A stretch of 64,000 nucleotides of DNA from SAR202 cluster bacterium bin87 (GTDB lineage Bacteria > Chloroflexota > Dehalococcoidia > Lucifugimonadales > UBA3495). The stretch lies in assembly GCA_002238825.1 (NCBI GenBank), contig MPNC01000002.1:51180-115179 (forward strand). Reading direction: 5' to 3'. Numbering within the stretch: the first letter of the stretch is position 1; each line of letters begins with the position of its first letter. The position numbers and the translations under genes were made by a program. Shown here piece by piece: positions 34,887 through 44,676 of the stretch. The notes beneath the pieces were generated by a model. The model was not told where the DNA came from, did not search any database, and saw nothing but the letters and a program-made list of their open reading frames with translations.

Positions 34887-36305
34887 ATGGCAGCTAATCA
34901 TGTGGATACCGTCATCGTGGGCGGGCAGATCGTAACCTCGTCGCAGGTGTACGAGAGTTCCATCGCCATCTCGGGCGAGAAGATCGTCGCGATCGGACCG
35001 GAGAACTACCTGCCCCCGGCCGACCGGTATATCGATGCCTCCGGCAAGTTCGTGCTGCCCGGCCTGATCGACAGCCACGTCCACCTGGACGGCCACGACG
35101 ACTATGCCTTGGGTTCGCTGGCCGCTGCCCACGCCGGCCTGACCACGCTCGTCCCCTTTGGCACCTACCAGCTGGAGGGCGACGAGACGCTGCCCCAGGC
35201 TGTCCACCGCACCCGCGAAACTGTAGAGAGAGCCGCTCTCACCGACTTTGCCTTCCACTTCATCCTGCAGAACCGGCCCAGCATCCTTGCCGGACTCCCT
35301 GATGCTGTCGATCTGGGCGTAAAGTCCTACAAGATGTTCATGACCTACAAGAAGCGCCCCGGGCGAATGTGCGACGACGACTACATCTGCGAGGCAATGG
35401 ACCTGGTGAGCCGCGGCGGGGGTGTCCTGCAACTTCACTGCGAGAGCGGCAACATCATCGAATACCTCGAAAACAAGCTTCTTGGAGAGGGCCACACGCA
35501 TCCGACGGACTTCCCTACGGCGTGTCCGGACTGGGCGGAAGAGGAGGCGATCAACCGCGCGGTGAAGATGTCGGCCGCAACCCGATGCCCCACCTACGTC
35601 GTGCACCTCAGCACTCAACTGGGTCTGGAACGGATCAAGCAGGCCCAGAGCCTCGGGCAGCGCGTGTGGACGGAAACCTGCCCGCAATACCTGTTGCTAT
35701 CCGACGCCCAGATGGCGGAGCGCGGCCCCCTGGCCAAGATCGGCCCGCCACTGCGCCCCGAAGACGGACCTGACCGCGACGCACTGTGGGATGGTCTGCG
35801 CCAGGGTCACGTTTCCATCGTGGCCAGCGACCATTCACCGCATCCCCAGGAACTGAAGCAGCCGGGTTGGGACAACATCTTCGTCGACGCCAACGGCATG
35901 TCCGTCCCCTTCGGCTCACCCGGCATCGAGACCATTGTGCCGCTGATGTACAGCGAGGGCGTGGTCCAGCGCGGCCTGCCCATCTGGTGGCTGGCCCGCG
36001 TCATGGCCGAAAATCCGGCCCGCATTTTCGGCATCTACCCGCGCAAGGGCGTCATCCAGGTGGGTTCCGACGCCGACTTTCTCATCCTGGACCCCAACGG
36101 CGACCGCATCGTCACCGCCAGCGACCATCACAGCAACGCGGGATACACCCTGTTCGAGGGCTGGCAGGTCAACGGTCGCCCCTGGATCACCATGCTGCGG
36201 GGCCAGGTCCTGCTGCAGGATGGCGAAATCCAGCAGAACCCGGGATACGGCACGTTCCTGGAGAGCGGCTCGCCGATTGCGCCACTCGGCGGGCCCGTCG
36301 AATAG
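34887..36305 (+). CDS. Cyclic amidohydrolase (D-hydantoinase / dihydropyrimidinase family)
   Basis: AAGGAGG RBS. GLIDSHVHLDG, SYKMFMTYK (carbamylated-Lys block), LQLHCESG, YVVHLST and VASDHSPH are present. The 247-codon N-terminal extension of ORF 34146..36305 was rejected. Confidence 0.88.
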   Translation: MAANHVDTVIVGGQIVTSSQVYESSIAISGEKIVAIGPENYLPPADRYIDASGKFVLPGLIDSHVHLDGHDDYALGSLAAAHAGLTTLVPFGTYQLEGDETLPQAVHRTRETVERAALTDFAFHFILQNRPSILAGLPDAVDLGVKSYKMFMTYKKRPGRMCDDDYICEAMDLVSRGGGVLQLHCESGNIIEYLENKLLGEGHTHPTDFPTACPDWAEEEAINRAVKMSAATRCPTYVVHLSTQLGLERIKQAQSLGQRVWTETCPQYLLLSDAQMAERGPLAKIGPPLRPEDGPDRDALWDGLRQGHVSIVASDHSPHPQELKQPGWDNIFVDANGMSVPFGSPGIETIVPLMYSEGVVQRGLPIWWLARVMAENPARIFGIYPRKGVIQVGSDADFLILDPNGDRIVTASDHHSNAGYTLFEGWQVNGRPWITMLRGQVLLQDGEIQQNPGYGTFLESGSPIAPLGGPVE

Positions 36306-37352
36306 ATGAAGATCACCGAAGTCCGCGCCGTCTACCCCAACTATCGGTACGTCGTCCCGTCCTGGCGCACCCACTTCTGGCAGATCGTCGTCAGGGTGGA
36401 GACGGACGTCGGAGCCGTCGGGCTGGGATACGGAGGCGGCGGGGTCGCCGGCGTCGAAATCGTCAACCGCCACTTTCGCGAGTTGTTGCTGGGCAGGGAG
36501 ATCAACAACCCGGCGGACATAGCTGACGCCTGGGATCACCTCTACGAACAGTCCCTGCCCTACGGGCGCAAGGGGCTGGCAATCATGGCGCTCAGCGGCG
36601 TGGACCTCGCCCTGTACGACCTGCTGGCCAAAGCCGAAAATATGCCGGTGTACCGGCTGCTGGGCGGCGTGCAGAAATCCAGTATTCTCGCCTACGCCAC
36701 CGGCCCCGATTCAGAAGCCTACCGCGAGCTTGGCTTTCGCGCCCACAAGTTTCCGCACCGTTGGGTCGGCAACGCCGACTACGAAACGGCCGCGGCGGCG
36801 GCGGCGAATGCCCGGCAACTCTATGGGCCGGATGCCCGCATCATGGTTGACTGCTACATGTCGTGGGATGCCGAGGTCACCGTCCGCATGGCGGACATCC
36901 TGTCCGAGTACAACCTCTACTGGTACGAGGACGTGCTGACACCGGACGATCTGGCAGGGCAGGCCGACCTGCGCGCGGTGGCGGCCCCGACCCTCATCGC
37001 CGGCGGCGAGCACGAGTTCACGCACTTCGGCTTCGCTGACATAGCCCGCGCCAATGCCCTGGGCCTGTGGCAGCCCGATATCACATGGTGCGGCGGGATC
37101 ACGGCCGGGCTTCGCATCATCGACCTGGCGCGAGATGCCGGAATACCGGTGTCGCCTCACCGTGGCGCTGAAGTTTGGGGTCTGCATCTCGTCGCCGCCT
37201 CCGACTGGGCCGATTTCGCCGAGTATCACTCTGACCACATCCGTTCGCCCCGGGACGTGCTCTGGCTCGACGAACCGGAGCCGGAGGACGGCTATATCGC
37301 CCCATCCGACCGCCCGGGGTTTGGCGTCACGCTGAATGAGGAGATGCTGTAA
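36306..37352 (+). CDS. Enolase-superfamily enzyme (mandelate racemase/muconate lactonizing family; acid-sugar dehydratase- or racemase-like)
   Basis: ALSGVDLALYDLLAKAENMPVYRLLGG, plus metal-ligand blocks VDCYMSWD, YWYEDV and GGEHEF. Confidence 0.85.
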   Translation: MKITEVRAVYPNYRYVVPSWRTHFWQIVVRVETDVGAVGLGYGGGGVAGVEIVNRHFRELLLGREINNPADIADAWDHLYEQSLPYGRKGLAIMALSGVDLALYDLLAKAENMPVYRLLGGVQKSSILAYATGPDSEAYRELGFRAHKFPHRWVGNADYETAAAAAANARQLYGPDARIMVDCYMSWDAEVTVRMADILSEYNLYWYEDVLTPDDLAGQADLRAVAAPTLIAGGEHEFTHFGFADIARANALGLWQPDITWCGGITAGLRIIDLARDAGIPVSPHRGAEVWGLHLVAASDWADFAEYHSDHIRSPRDVLWLDEPEPEDGYIAPSDRPGFGVTLNEEML

Positions 37353-37354
37353 CC

Positions 37355-38527
37355 ATGGCCGGCCCCCTGAACGCCTTCGTTCCCGATAGCAACGCCCACC
37401 TGGCCGGCACCGACGACGGACCGTTGTCCGGCCTCACCTTCGCGGCCAAGGACATTTTCGATATCGCGGGCCACGTGACCGGATGCGGGAACCCGCATTG
37501 GCTGGCCACTCACGGCCCCGCCCCGGCCAACGCCTGGGTGGTGCAACAACTGGTTGACGCCGGCGCGTCCATGGTTGGCAAGACCATCACTGACGAGCTG
37601 ACCCGCGGCATCTTCGGCGAGAACATGCACTATGGAACGCCGGTGAACCCGAATGCCCCCGGCCGGGTTCCAGGTGGGTCCTCCAGCGGGTCGGCGTCGG
37701 CCGTGGCCGGCCATTTGGTGGACTTCGCTCTTGGGTCCGATACCGGAGGCTCGGTGCGCGTGCCGTCGAGCTTCTGCGGGCTCTATGGATTGAGGCCCAC
37801 CCACGGGCGCATCCCGCTGGACGGCATGCTGCTCCAGGCTCCGTCCTTCGACACCATCGGCTGGTTCGCCCGGGACGGGGAGACCTTCGCCCGCGTGGGT
37901 TCCATCATCCTACCGCAGGGCCCCGCAACTCAGCGTCCGCAACGCCTGGTCATCGCGGAGGACGCCTTCGAACTTGCCGAGCCAGCAACTCGCGCGGCTT
38001 TGGAAGCGGTTCTCGCTACGGTACGCCCGCTGTTCACAGCGTCGTCAGCGCTGCGATTATCGCCGGTCAGCCTGGAGGAATGGTCGGGTCACCAACAGGC
38101 GCTGCAGAGCCGCGAGGCGTGGGAGTCGGCTCGGGACTGGATCGACGAAGTCAATCCGACATTCAGCTTCGAGGTTTCGGACCGCTACGCCATGGCTCGC
38201 TCGGTGACGGACGAGCAGATCGTCATCGCCCAGGCCGGTCGTGATGCCGTCATTGCGCGCATGAACGAGGTGTTCGACGGCGGGGATGTGGTGGTATGCC
38301 TGCCAACTACGGTTTCCCCGGCCCCGCTTATTGGCCAGCGCGTTTCAGAGCGCCATACGTTGCGCCTGCGCAATAGCGCCCTCACCTCGATAGCCGGTAA
38401 CACGGGCCGGCCACAGATCAGTTTGCCGCTGGCCGAAGTCGACGGTCTGCCCGTCGGCCTGTCGCTGCTGGGAGACTACGGGGCCGACGAGCGATTGATC
38501 GAGTTGGCGCAGGAAATCACCGGTTGA
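37355..38527 (+). CDS. Amidase-signature family amidase
   Basis: GGSSSGSASAVA...GSDTGGSVRVPSSFCGLYGLRPT is the AS signature. Confidence 0.9.
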   Translation: MAGPLNAFVPDSNAHLAGTDDGPLSGLTFAAKDIFDIAGHVTGCGNPHWLATHGPAPANAWVVQQLVDAGASMVGKTITDELTRGIFGENMHYGTPVNPNAPGRVPGGSSSGSASAVAGHLVDFALGSDTGGSVRVPSSFCGLYGLRPTHGRIPLDGMLLQAPSFDTIGWFARDGETFARVGSIILPQGPATQRPQRLVIAEDAFELAEPATRAALEAVLATVRPLFTASSALRLSPVSLEEWSGHQQALQSREAWESARDWIDEVNPTFSFEVSDRYAMARSVTDEQIVIAQAGRDAVIARMNEVFDGGDVVVCLPTTVSPAPLIGQRVSERHTLRLRNSALTSIAGNTGRPQISLPLAEVDGLPVGLSLLGDYGADERLIELAQEITG

Positions 38528-38531
38528 GACG

Positions 38532-40235
38532 TCACTTATTGAGGACGACGTCGATTAGCGCGATGCGCCCTTCGTTGACCGCAGCCAGGCCATTGCGCAG
38601 AGCCTGGGCCAGGTGGGCCGGGTCGTCGACCCGTTCGCCGTAGCCGCCGAAAGGCTCCACCAGCTTGGCGTAATCGGGCCCGGGGATATGCACGCCGTGC
38701 CAGATGTCAGAGCGCGCGGCTACGCCGTCGGGGTAGTACGCCAGGTGGTTGCCCCGCATCGCCTCATAGCACTCGTTGTTGAACAACACCGTCATAAAGG
38801 GCAGGTTGGCCTCGCCCGCGACGCCAAAACACTGCGTGACGGGGTTGTACAGGAAACCGCCGTCGCCCATGAGAGCAACCACGGGCTGATCGGGTTTCGC
38901 CAGCTTGACGCCCAACGCCAGTCCGAGTCCTTGTCCCAAGCCTCCGTTGGTCTTGTAGTAACTCTGGGGCCTGTCCCAGACGACGTGTCGGCCTATGGCG
39001 CCGCGGTGGGTGGTGACTTCCTCGGCGTAGACAACGTTGTCGGGCATGACCTCGCTCAGCACGGCGCATAGCCAGGCTGGATCGATGGGCCGGCTGCCGC
39101 TTGCCGCAGCCTCCGCCGCGTAGGTTTCCTCGGCCAACCGATCATGTTCCGCAGCCCAGCGCAGACGCCGCGCTTCAATCTCGTCCCGGCGACTGGCCAC
39201 GGCGGGTTGCAACGCCTCGACCAGCAGACCCAGCCCGATGGTGAGATCCCCTTCGACGTAGCGGTCGGCGAAGAGGTTCTGGTACACCATATATTCCTTG
39301 ACGGTGGTTTCTCCCATGGCGACAACGGTGGCATGTTGCGGGCCGGCCTGCGGAGGATACCAGGGCGCGCGGCTGCCAGCCAGAATCACCAGATCGGCGT
39401 GCTGGAGATAACGTTCCGGCTGGCCGCCCAGATACAGCGGGTGGCCCTTGGGGAAGTTGGCGTACAGCGCCGCGCTCTCCACCACCGGAATGGCGAACAG
39501 TTCGGCCAAGGCTACCAGGTTGTTGAACCCCTGGACTTCGCGCCCCGCACTGTCCGTGATTATCAGCGGCGACTTGCTTCCGGCAACCAGGTCGGCCAGT
39601 TCCGCGATGTCCTGGTCGGCCGGGCGGATTTTGGGCGCGGACGGGACGGCGCGCAGCTTTTCCGGCGGCGTCCAGGAATGCACCATGGTCTCAATGGGGA
39701 TATTCATGAAGGACGGTCCCTGGGGAACCCGCTGGGCGAGTTCACCCGCCCGCACCAGCTGCTCGTACACGGTGTGCGGGCTGGTGGCCCTTCCGCTCCA
39801 CTTGGTGAAGGCGTCGGCGAAACGGTCGGGCCCGCCCACCACGCTCAGGTTGCGGTACCACTGCCCCTGGGGGTCGATCTCCGGATCCTCGCCATAGCTG
39901 GTCGCTTCGCCGGAGCACACCAGCATCGGCACCTCGCCGATCATAGCGCCGTGCACGCCCATGCTGCCCTGCAGCAAGCCGACGCCGGCGTGCAGCAGTA
40001 CCGCCTGCATCCGGCCGGTGACCCGGGTGTACCCGCTGGCCATATTAACGGCCAGGGTCTCGTGCCAGCAGTTGATGTACTGCGGCCCGGGCGTTTCGTT
40101 GATCTTCTGGCGAGCCAGCGCTTCCCATACCGGCGCCCACTCCGAACCCGGTGATGAGATTATGTAATCTATGCCCAGGTTGCGGAAGGCTTCAAGGATT
40201 CCTTCGCCACAGTCCTTTGGGGTGGTGGTTGTCAT
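38532..40235 (-). CDS. Thiamine-diphosphate-dependent enzyme (acetolactate synthase large-subunit-like)
   Basis: N-terminal pyrimidine-binding domain and the TPP motif GDGGFLYN...(x)...LFNNECY. Confidence 0.88.
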   Translation of the reverse strand: MTTTTPKDCGEGILEAFRNLGIDYIISSPGSEWAPVWEALARQKINETPGPQYINCWHETLAVNMASGYTRVTGRMQAVLLHAGVGLLQGSMGVHGAMIGEVPMLVCSGEATSYGEDPEIDPQGQWYRNLSVVGGPDRFADAFTKWSGRATSPHTVYEQLVRAGELAQRVPQGPSFMNIPIETMVHSWTPPEKLRAVPSAPKIRPADQDIAELADLVAGSKSPLIITDSAGREVQGFNNLVALAELFAIPVVESAALYANFPKGHPLYLGGQPERYLQHADLVILAGSRAPWYPPQAGPQHATVVAMGETTVKEYMVYQNLFADRYVEGDLTIGLGLLVEALQPAVASRRDEIEARRLRWAAEHDRLAEETYAAEAAASGSRPIDPAWLCAVLSEVMPDNVVYAEEVTTHRGAIGRHVVWDRPQSYYKTNGGLGQGLGLALGVKLAKPDQPVVALMGDGGFLYNPVTQCFGVAGEANLPFMTVLFNNECYEAMRGNHLAYYPDGVAARSDIWHGVHIPGPDYAKLVEPFGGYGERVDDPAHLAQALRNGLAAVNEGRIALIDVVLNK

Positions 40236-40237
40236 AT

Positions 40238-41755
40238 TTAGTCCTCCTGTCCCTGGCTGGTGACCGGGCGCAAGGCCGGTTCCCGAGAAACGGGCGTCGG
40301 ACCGGCCTGTACCTCCCGGTGGGTGGGCACCGCCGACAAAATAAGCGCGACCGTCAGCGCCCCGATCATGGTGAAGAACGCGTATTTCATGCCGACGGTG
40401 AACGCGGTTCCTACGCCGCCGGCCGCGCCATGACGCACCGCGTCCAGGCTGGGCTCGTAACCCATGGAAGCCATGGTAGCAGTCACGATGGCGGTGGCGA
40501 CAGCGACGCTGACCACGTTGCCCGCGTTGCGAATGAGGTTGACCAACGCCGAAACGACGCCGTGGCTTTCCCTTTCAACCGCACTCAGAATGGAGCTTGA
40601 GTTGGGCGAGTAGAAGGTGCCCATTCCACTGGAGGTGAGCATCAGTCCGGGGATCACCTGGAACAGTGAAGAATCGGCATTCGCCTGGGAGAGAATCGTA
40701 ATGCCGGTGATGGAAAGCAGCATGCCCGTAACCGTGAATTTGCGCCAACCGTAACGGTCGGAAAGTCGGCCGCTGAGCGGCCCCAGGATCGCCATGCACA
40801 GCGCGCCCGGCACCACGCACAAACCCGCAACGGACGCGCTGTAACCCAGAACATTCTGCAGGTAGAACGGCGTCATGAACAAAATAGCCGAACTGCCGAC
40901 AAACATGAGGTGGTTTGCCGTCACGCCCAGGAAGAAGTTGCGTCGTCGGAACAACCGCAGGTTCAGCATGGGGCTGGCGATGCGGAGTTCCCACCAGATA
41001 AAACCGACCAGGAGAACCACGAAGGCAGCAGCCGCGCCCAGTATCGGCAGGGAAGTCCAGCCGCTCCGATGCCCATTGGTGATGCCCAGCAGCAACGCCA
41101 GCAGGGCGCTGGACGACAAAAATGCCCCCAGCCAGTCAAAACGACCGCGGTGCGGTCCACTAACCGGCCCAAGTTGGCTCGCGTTGCCCAGTACCGCCAC
41201 ACACAGGGCGATGCTGACAGCCACCATGGGAATGGTGGCGAAGAACACCGAGCGCCATCCGAAAGCGTCTACAAGAAACCCGCCCATGGCCGGGCCGGCA
41301 ACGGCCCCGGTGCCGACCATGGTCATGATCAGGCCGATTGCCTTGCCGCGTTCGTTGGGCGGAAACGCGCCGATCATGATGGCCATGCCGGTGCCCTGGG
41401 TCATGGCCGCGCCGGTGCCCTGGACGATACGCGATACGATGAGCACGCCCAGATCATCAGACGTACCGGCGGCGATGGAACCGGCAATGGTCACAACCGA
41501 ACCGATGATGTACACCCGTTTCGAGGTGATGATATCCGCCAGCCGGCCCATGGGCAGCAGCAGCGCGATGATCGTCATCGCGTATCCGATCACCAGCCAT
41601 TGCACGCTGGGAATGTCGGTCTGGAAATAGGTCGCGATCTGCGGCAGCGCCACGCCCACGCTACCATGGTCAACCACGGAGGCGAAGGTGCCTACCGCCA
41701 GGGTGGCGAAGGCGTACCACTTATAGTGGGCGCTTCGGGCCAGCGACGATATCAC
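40238..41755 (-). CDS. MFS transporter (14-TMS DHA2/EmrB-like)
   Basis: 505 aa and highly hydrophobic. MFS motif A-like GRLADIITSKR. The TPP-enzyme gene starts 3 nt after its stop. Confidence 0.85.
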   Translation of the reverse strand: MISSLARSAHYKWYAFATLAVGTFASVVDHGSVGVALPQIATYFQTDIPSVQWLVIGYAMTIIALLLPMGRLADIITSKRVYIIGSVVTIAGSIAAGTSDDLGVLIVSRIVQGTGAAMTQGTGMAIMIGAFPPNERGKAIGLIMTMVGTGAVAGPAMGGFLVDAFGWRSVFFATIPMVAVSIALCVAVLGNASQLGPVSGPHRGRFDWLGAFLSSSALLALLLGITNGHRSGWTSLPILGAAAAFVVLLVGFIWWELRIASPMLNLRLFRRRNFFLGVTANHLMFVGSSAILFMTPFYLQNVLGYSASVAGLCVVPGALCMAILGPLSGRLSDRYGWRKFTVTGMLLSITGITILSQANADSSLFQVIPGLMLTSSGMGTFYSPNSSSILSAVERESHGVVSALVNLIRNAGNVVSVAVATAIVTATMASMGYEPSLDAVRHGAAGGVGTAFTVGMKYAFFTMIGALTVALILSAVPTHREVQAGPTPVSREPALRPVTSQGQED

Positions 41756-41787
41756 GACTGTTTTACCGTAGGGTCCCGACTGCGGTG

Positions 41788-42747
41788 TTACTCGCCGGAG
41801 AAAAAGCGTCGGGCATTTTCCACGGTGATCTGGTGAATGTCCGCGTCGGACGCTCCCATTTCCCTCAGGCGGGGCAGCACGTAACGCGGAATGAAGTTAT
41901 AGCCGTCCGGGTTGGCCCGGCGGCGCTGCTCCTGCACCTCCGCGCCGTGACGAGCCTTGGGCACCGAGTAGTCATGCGAGAGGAATATACGGTGCGTGAA
42001 CCCGGCGTCCATCAGCGCCTTGGCCACTTCCGTCCGCTGCTCCCAGTCCGGAGTGCCGGGGCGGAACCCGCCCGGATAGCGGTCCAGGCCCAGCCACACA
42101 CCCTTGTTCAGCAAACCCAGCAGGTACTCCAGGTCGGTGTCGTCATTGCTGTGGCCGATGTACACGCGGTCCAGGTCGACGCCCTCTTCCTCTAGGATAC
42201 GCACCTGGGCGTCACCGATGCGTTCCGGCGACCAGGTGTGGGTCGAAATGGGCACGCCCGTGGCTTTCTGCGCGCGCGCCGCCGCCCGCAGCACATTCTC
42301 CTGCGGGGCGGTGATCCCGCCCTCGTCGCTGGCGACCTTGATGATGCCGGCCTTGATGCCAGTGCCCTCGATGCCCTCCTCGATTTCGCGAGCGTACAGC
42401 TCGGCGATTACGTCCGGAGAGATTTCCCCGAAGGGCCGGGGCACGGCCAGGTGGTTGCCCGTGGCGACCATCACCTGCATTTCGCTGCCCAACGCAACTT
42501 CTCGGATCAGCTGCACGTCCCGCCCCAGGTCGAAGGTGCTCACGTCGATGATGGTGCGGACACCGTCTTCCCTCACGGCGCGCATGGCGGCGATGGACTG
42601 TTCGCGGACGCCCTCACGGTCGATGATCTCCGGGTAGGTGTGGCGCAGGCCAGCGGCATTGGTTCCCACGTGCTCGTGGCTGAGGGTGAACCCCAGGTCG
42701 TCGGTGTCGATCGGCCCCGTCACGCTGTTCACGGTTGCCATTGCCAT
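41788..42747 (-). CDS. Phosphotriesterase-family hydrolase (PTE-like lactonase)
   Basis: TGPIDTDDLGFTLSHEHV (HxH), ...IKVASD.., ..STHTW.. and ..IGHSND.. blocks are typical of the PTE/PLL family. Confidence 0.88.
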   Translation of the reverse strand: MAMATVNSVTGPIDTDDLGFTLSHEHVGTNAAGLRHTYPEIIDREGVREQSIAAMRAVREDGVRTIIDVSTFDLGRDVQLIREVALGSEMQVMVATGNHLAVPRPFGEISPDVIAELYAREIEEGIEGTGIKAGIIKVASDEGGITAPQENVLRAAARAQKATGVPISTHTWSPERIGDAQVRILEEEGVDLDRVYIGHSNDDTDLEYLLGLLNKGVWLGLDRYPGGFRPGTPDWEQRTEVAKALMDAGFTHRIFLSHDYSVPKARHGAEVQEQRRRANPDGYNFIPRYVLPRLREMGASDADIHQITVENARRFFSGE

Positions 42748-42911
42748 CCCTCCTGGCCACGGGTGAATGCAGGTATTCTATTACGAATTCCGCCAAAACG
42801 ATATGAGGAATACGAACGGGGAGCGCAGGATCAGGCGCGCCTTGACGTGAACGAATCGGGTGCGGATCACGGAATCGCTTGCGTCGTGTGAGGCGCGCCA
42901 GGCGGCGCGAC

Positions 42912-42941
42912 TTGCTGCGCAATCATTCGCCAGTCTATATT
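42912..42941 (+). promoter_or_regulatory. Candidate promoter for the CMD-family gene
   Basis: TTGCTG, 18-nt spacer, TATATT, 25 nt upstream of the ATG at 42967. Confidence 0.35.
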
Positions 42942-42966
42942 GGCCCAAAAGCATTGGGAGGCCAAC

Positions 42967-43518
42967 ATGCGGACACCAATCTTGACCCGAGACCAGGTCC
43001 CGGAACAATTGCGAGAAGCCTTCGACCACGAGACCGCCGATTCCGGCGGAGTGGTTTCCAGCGGCCCCGGGTCCGCCATGATCAACAGTCCCGAAATGCG
43101 CCGGCGGGCCAACTATCTTGTCAACTACCTGCGGGACGAATCCTCGCTGCCCAAGCGAATCCAGGAACTGGCCATGATACTCACGGCGCGGAACATGGAC
43201 TGCCAGTACATCTGGCACGCTCATTCCGTCCGAGCCAAGGAGCAGGGCATCAGCGCGGAGTTCGTTGACAACCTGCGTGACCGCAAAGCATTGCCGCAAC
43301 TGCCGTCGGACGAGCAGGCCGTGGTGAACTACGCCACCGAGCTGTTCAACAACCACCGCGTCACCGAACCTACCTTCCAGGCCGCCATCGACCAGTTCGG
43401 CGCCCTGGGGTTGACCGAGCTGACCACGCTCTTCGGGTACTATTCGCTCCTGGCCTTCAACGCCAACGCGTTTGATATCGACGTGCCAGATGGCGCGGAG
43501 CCCAAACTCCCGATTTAG
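42967..43518 (+). CDS. Carboxymuconolactone decarboxylase (AhpD-like) family protein
   Basis: GGGAGG RBS. An all-helical 183-aa protein with CMD-like repeats (..ELAMILTARNMDCQYIWHAH..). Confidence 0.7.
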   Translation: MRTPILTRDQVPEQLREAFDHETADSGGVVSSGPGSAMINSPEMRRRANYLVNYLRDESSLPKRIQELAMILTARNMDCQYIWHAHSVRAKEQGISAEFVDNLRDRKALPQLPSDEQAVVNYATELFNNHRVTEPTFQAAIDQFGALGLTELTTLFGYYSLLAFNANAFDIDVPDGAEPKLPI

Positions 43519-43577
43519 AAGCGTTCCGGTCGCCGCCGCGGTTGGCCAGGTTTCGACATGGGCACAATCGGTCGAGG

Positions 43578-44663
43578 CTAACGCGGCAACCGGCTGAGCA
43601 CGCTGACGCACCACTGCAACAGTTGCACGACGAGGCCGCCCCGGTGATACAGGCGCGCCGGGGCGGACTTGGCTGGCAAACTGTTGGCCAGCAGGGGGGC
43701 CAGGACCCTTTGGCGGAACTGATCAACCAACGCGGGGTCTTCCGTGCAAAGCACAAGCTCCTGCTGCAAGTCGTAGGCCACGAGATCGAAATTGCAACTG
43801 CCCAAGATGAGTTGCGAGCCGTCGACCAGAATTGCTTTGACGTGGCACATTTCCGGCTGATACAAAAAGATTTCGAGGTTTGACCCGGAGGCCGCGCGGA
43901 ACAAAGCCTGTTGCAGGACGGCCTTGTTATTGTGGGCGGGATTGATAACCCGAACCCTGACCGATGGCGGCAATTCGGCGAGGCGCTGCAACAGAGGATC
44001 CGTAACGTAGGGCGTGACCACGTCGACCGATTCCCTGGCCCGACCTATGATGTCGAATAATGCGTCGTACTCGGAACGGCTGCGGCGGCCATCAAGGAAG
44101 AACAGCCTCCCCAACGGCGTGGACCGGGCATGCGAAGCGTTCACTCCGTCCAGCGTACGATAAAAGTCCTGAGCCAGGGCGTCCACCAGGGCACGGCAGT
44201 CGGTCCGCATCATCAGATCCTGCCACCTGAAATTGTGCTCGCTCAGGTTGATGCCGCCAAGAAAACCCTGGTCGTCAACGACCATCATTTTCTTGTGGTT
44301 GCGGAATGGGTACTTGCGCCACAGGCTGCCCATGGGGTTGGTGACGACAATGCGGACGCCGTCCAGTTTGGATTGGCGCAGCAGGCGCCGCGTTTCGCCT
44401 GCCTCCCGGCGGAAGTCCGGATCCAACACCCATCTGGGGCTGAAGACCAAATCGTCGCTGATTTTGGCGGTGGAGAATGCGTCCACACACAGGACCTTTT
44501 CTTCGGCTGGCGAGCGGACGAGCAGGTCCCAGAAATACCGCCCCACCGAATCCAGTTCGAAGGTCATCACCTGGAACAGCACACGGCGGCGCGCCTGCAA
44601 GATGGCCGGCTCAACAGCCGCCACAAACTCCGACGAATTTACCAGCAGCGAGGAATCGTGCAC
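43578..44663 (-). CDS. Phospholipase D-superfamily protein with two HKD motifs
   Basis: FRNHKKMMVVDDQGFLGGINLS and CHVKAILVDGSQLILGSCNFD. No TM segment seen. GTG start without a clear RBS. Confidence 0.8.
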   Translation of the reverse strand: MHDSSLLVNSSEFVAAVEPAILQARRRVLFQVMTFELDSVGRYFWDLLVRSPAEEKVLCVDAFSTAKISDDLVFSPRWVLDPDFRREAGETRRLLRQSKLDGVRIVVTNPMGSLWRKYPFRNHKKMMVVDDQGFLGGINLSEHNFRWQDLMMRTDCRALVDALAQDFYRTLDGVNASHARSTPLGRLFFLDGRRSRSEYDALFDIIGRARESVDVVTPYVTDPLLQRLAELPPSVRVRVINPAHNNKAVLQQALFRAASGSNLEIFLYQPEMCHVKAILVDGSQLILGSCNFDLVAYDLQQELVLCTEDPALVDQFRQRVLAPLLANSLPAKSAPARLYHRGGLVVQLLQWCVSVLSRLPR

Positions 44664-44676
44664 TGGCTGGAGCTAA

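Noticed and set aside
42833-42899. Two GGCGCGCC octamers about 50 nt apart in the PTE/CMD divergent intergenic region, considered as an operator pair.
   Set aside because: The self-complementary GC-rich octamer is not unexpected at this GC content. There is no extended symmetry around the copies and no regulator gene nearby to link them to.
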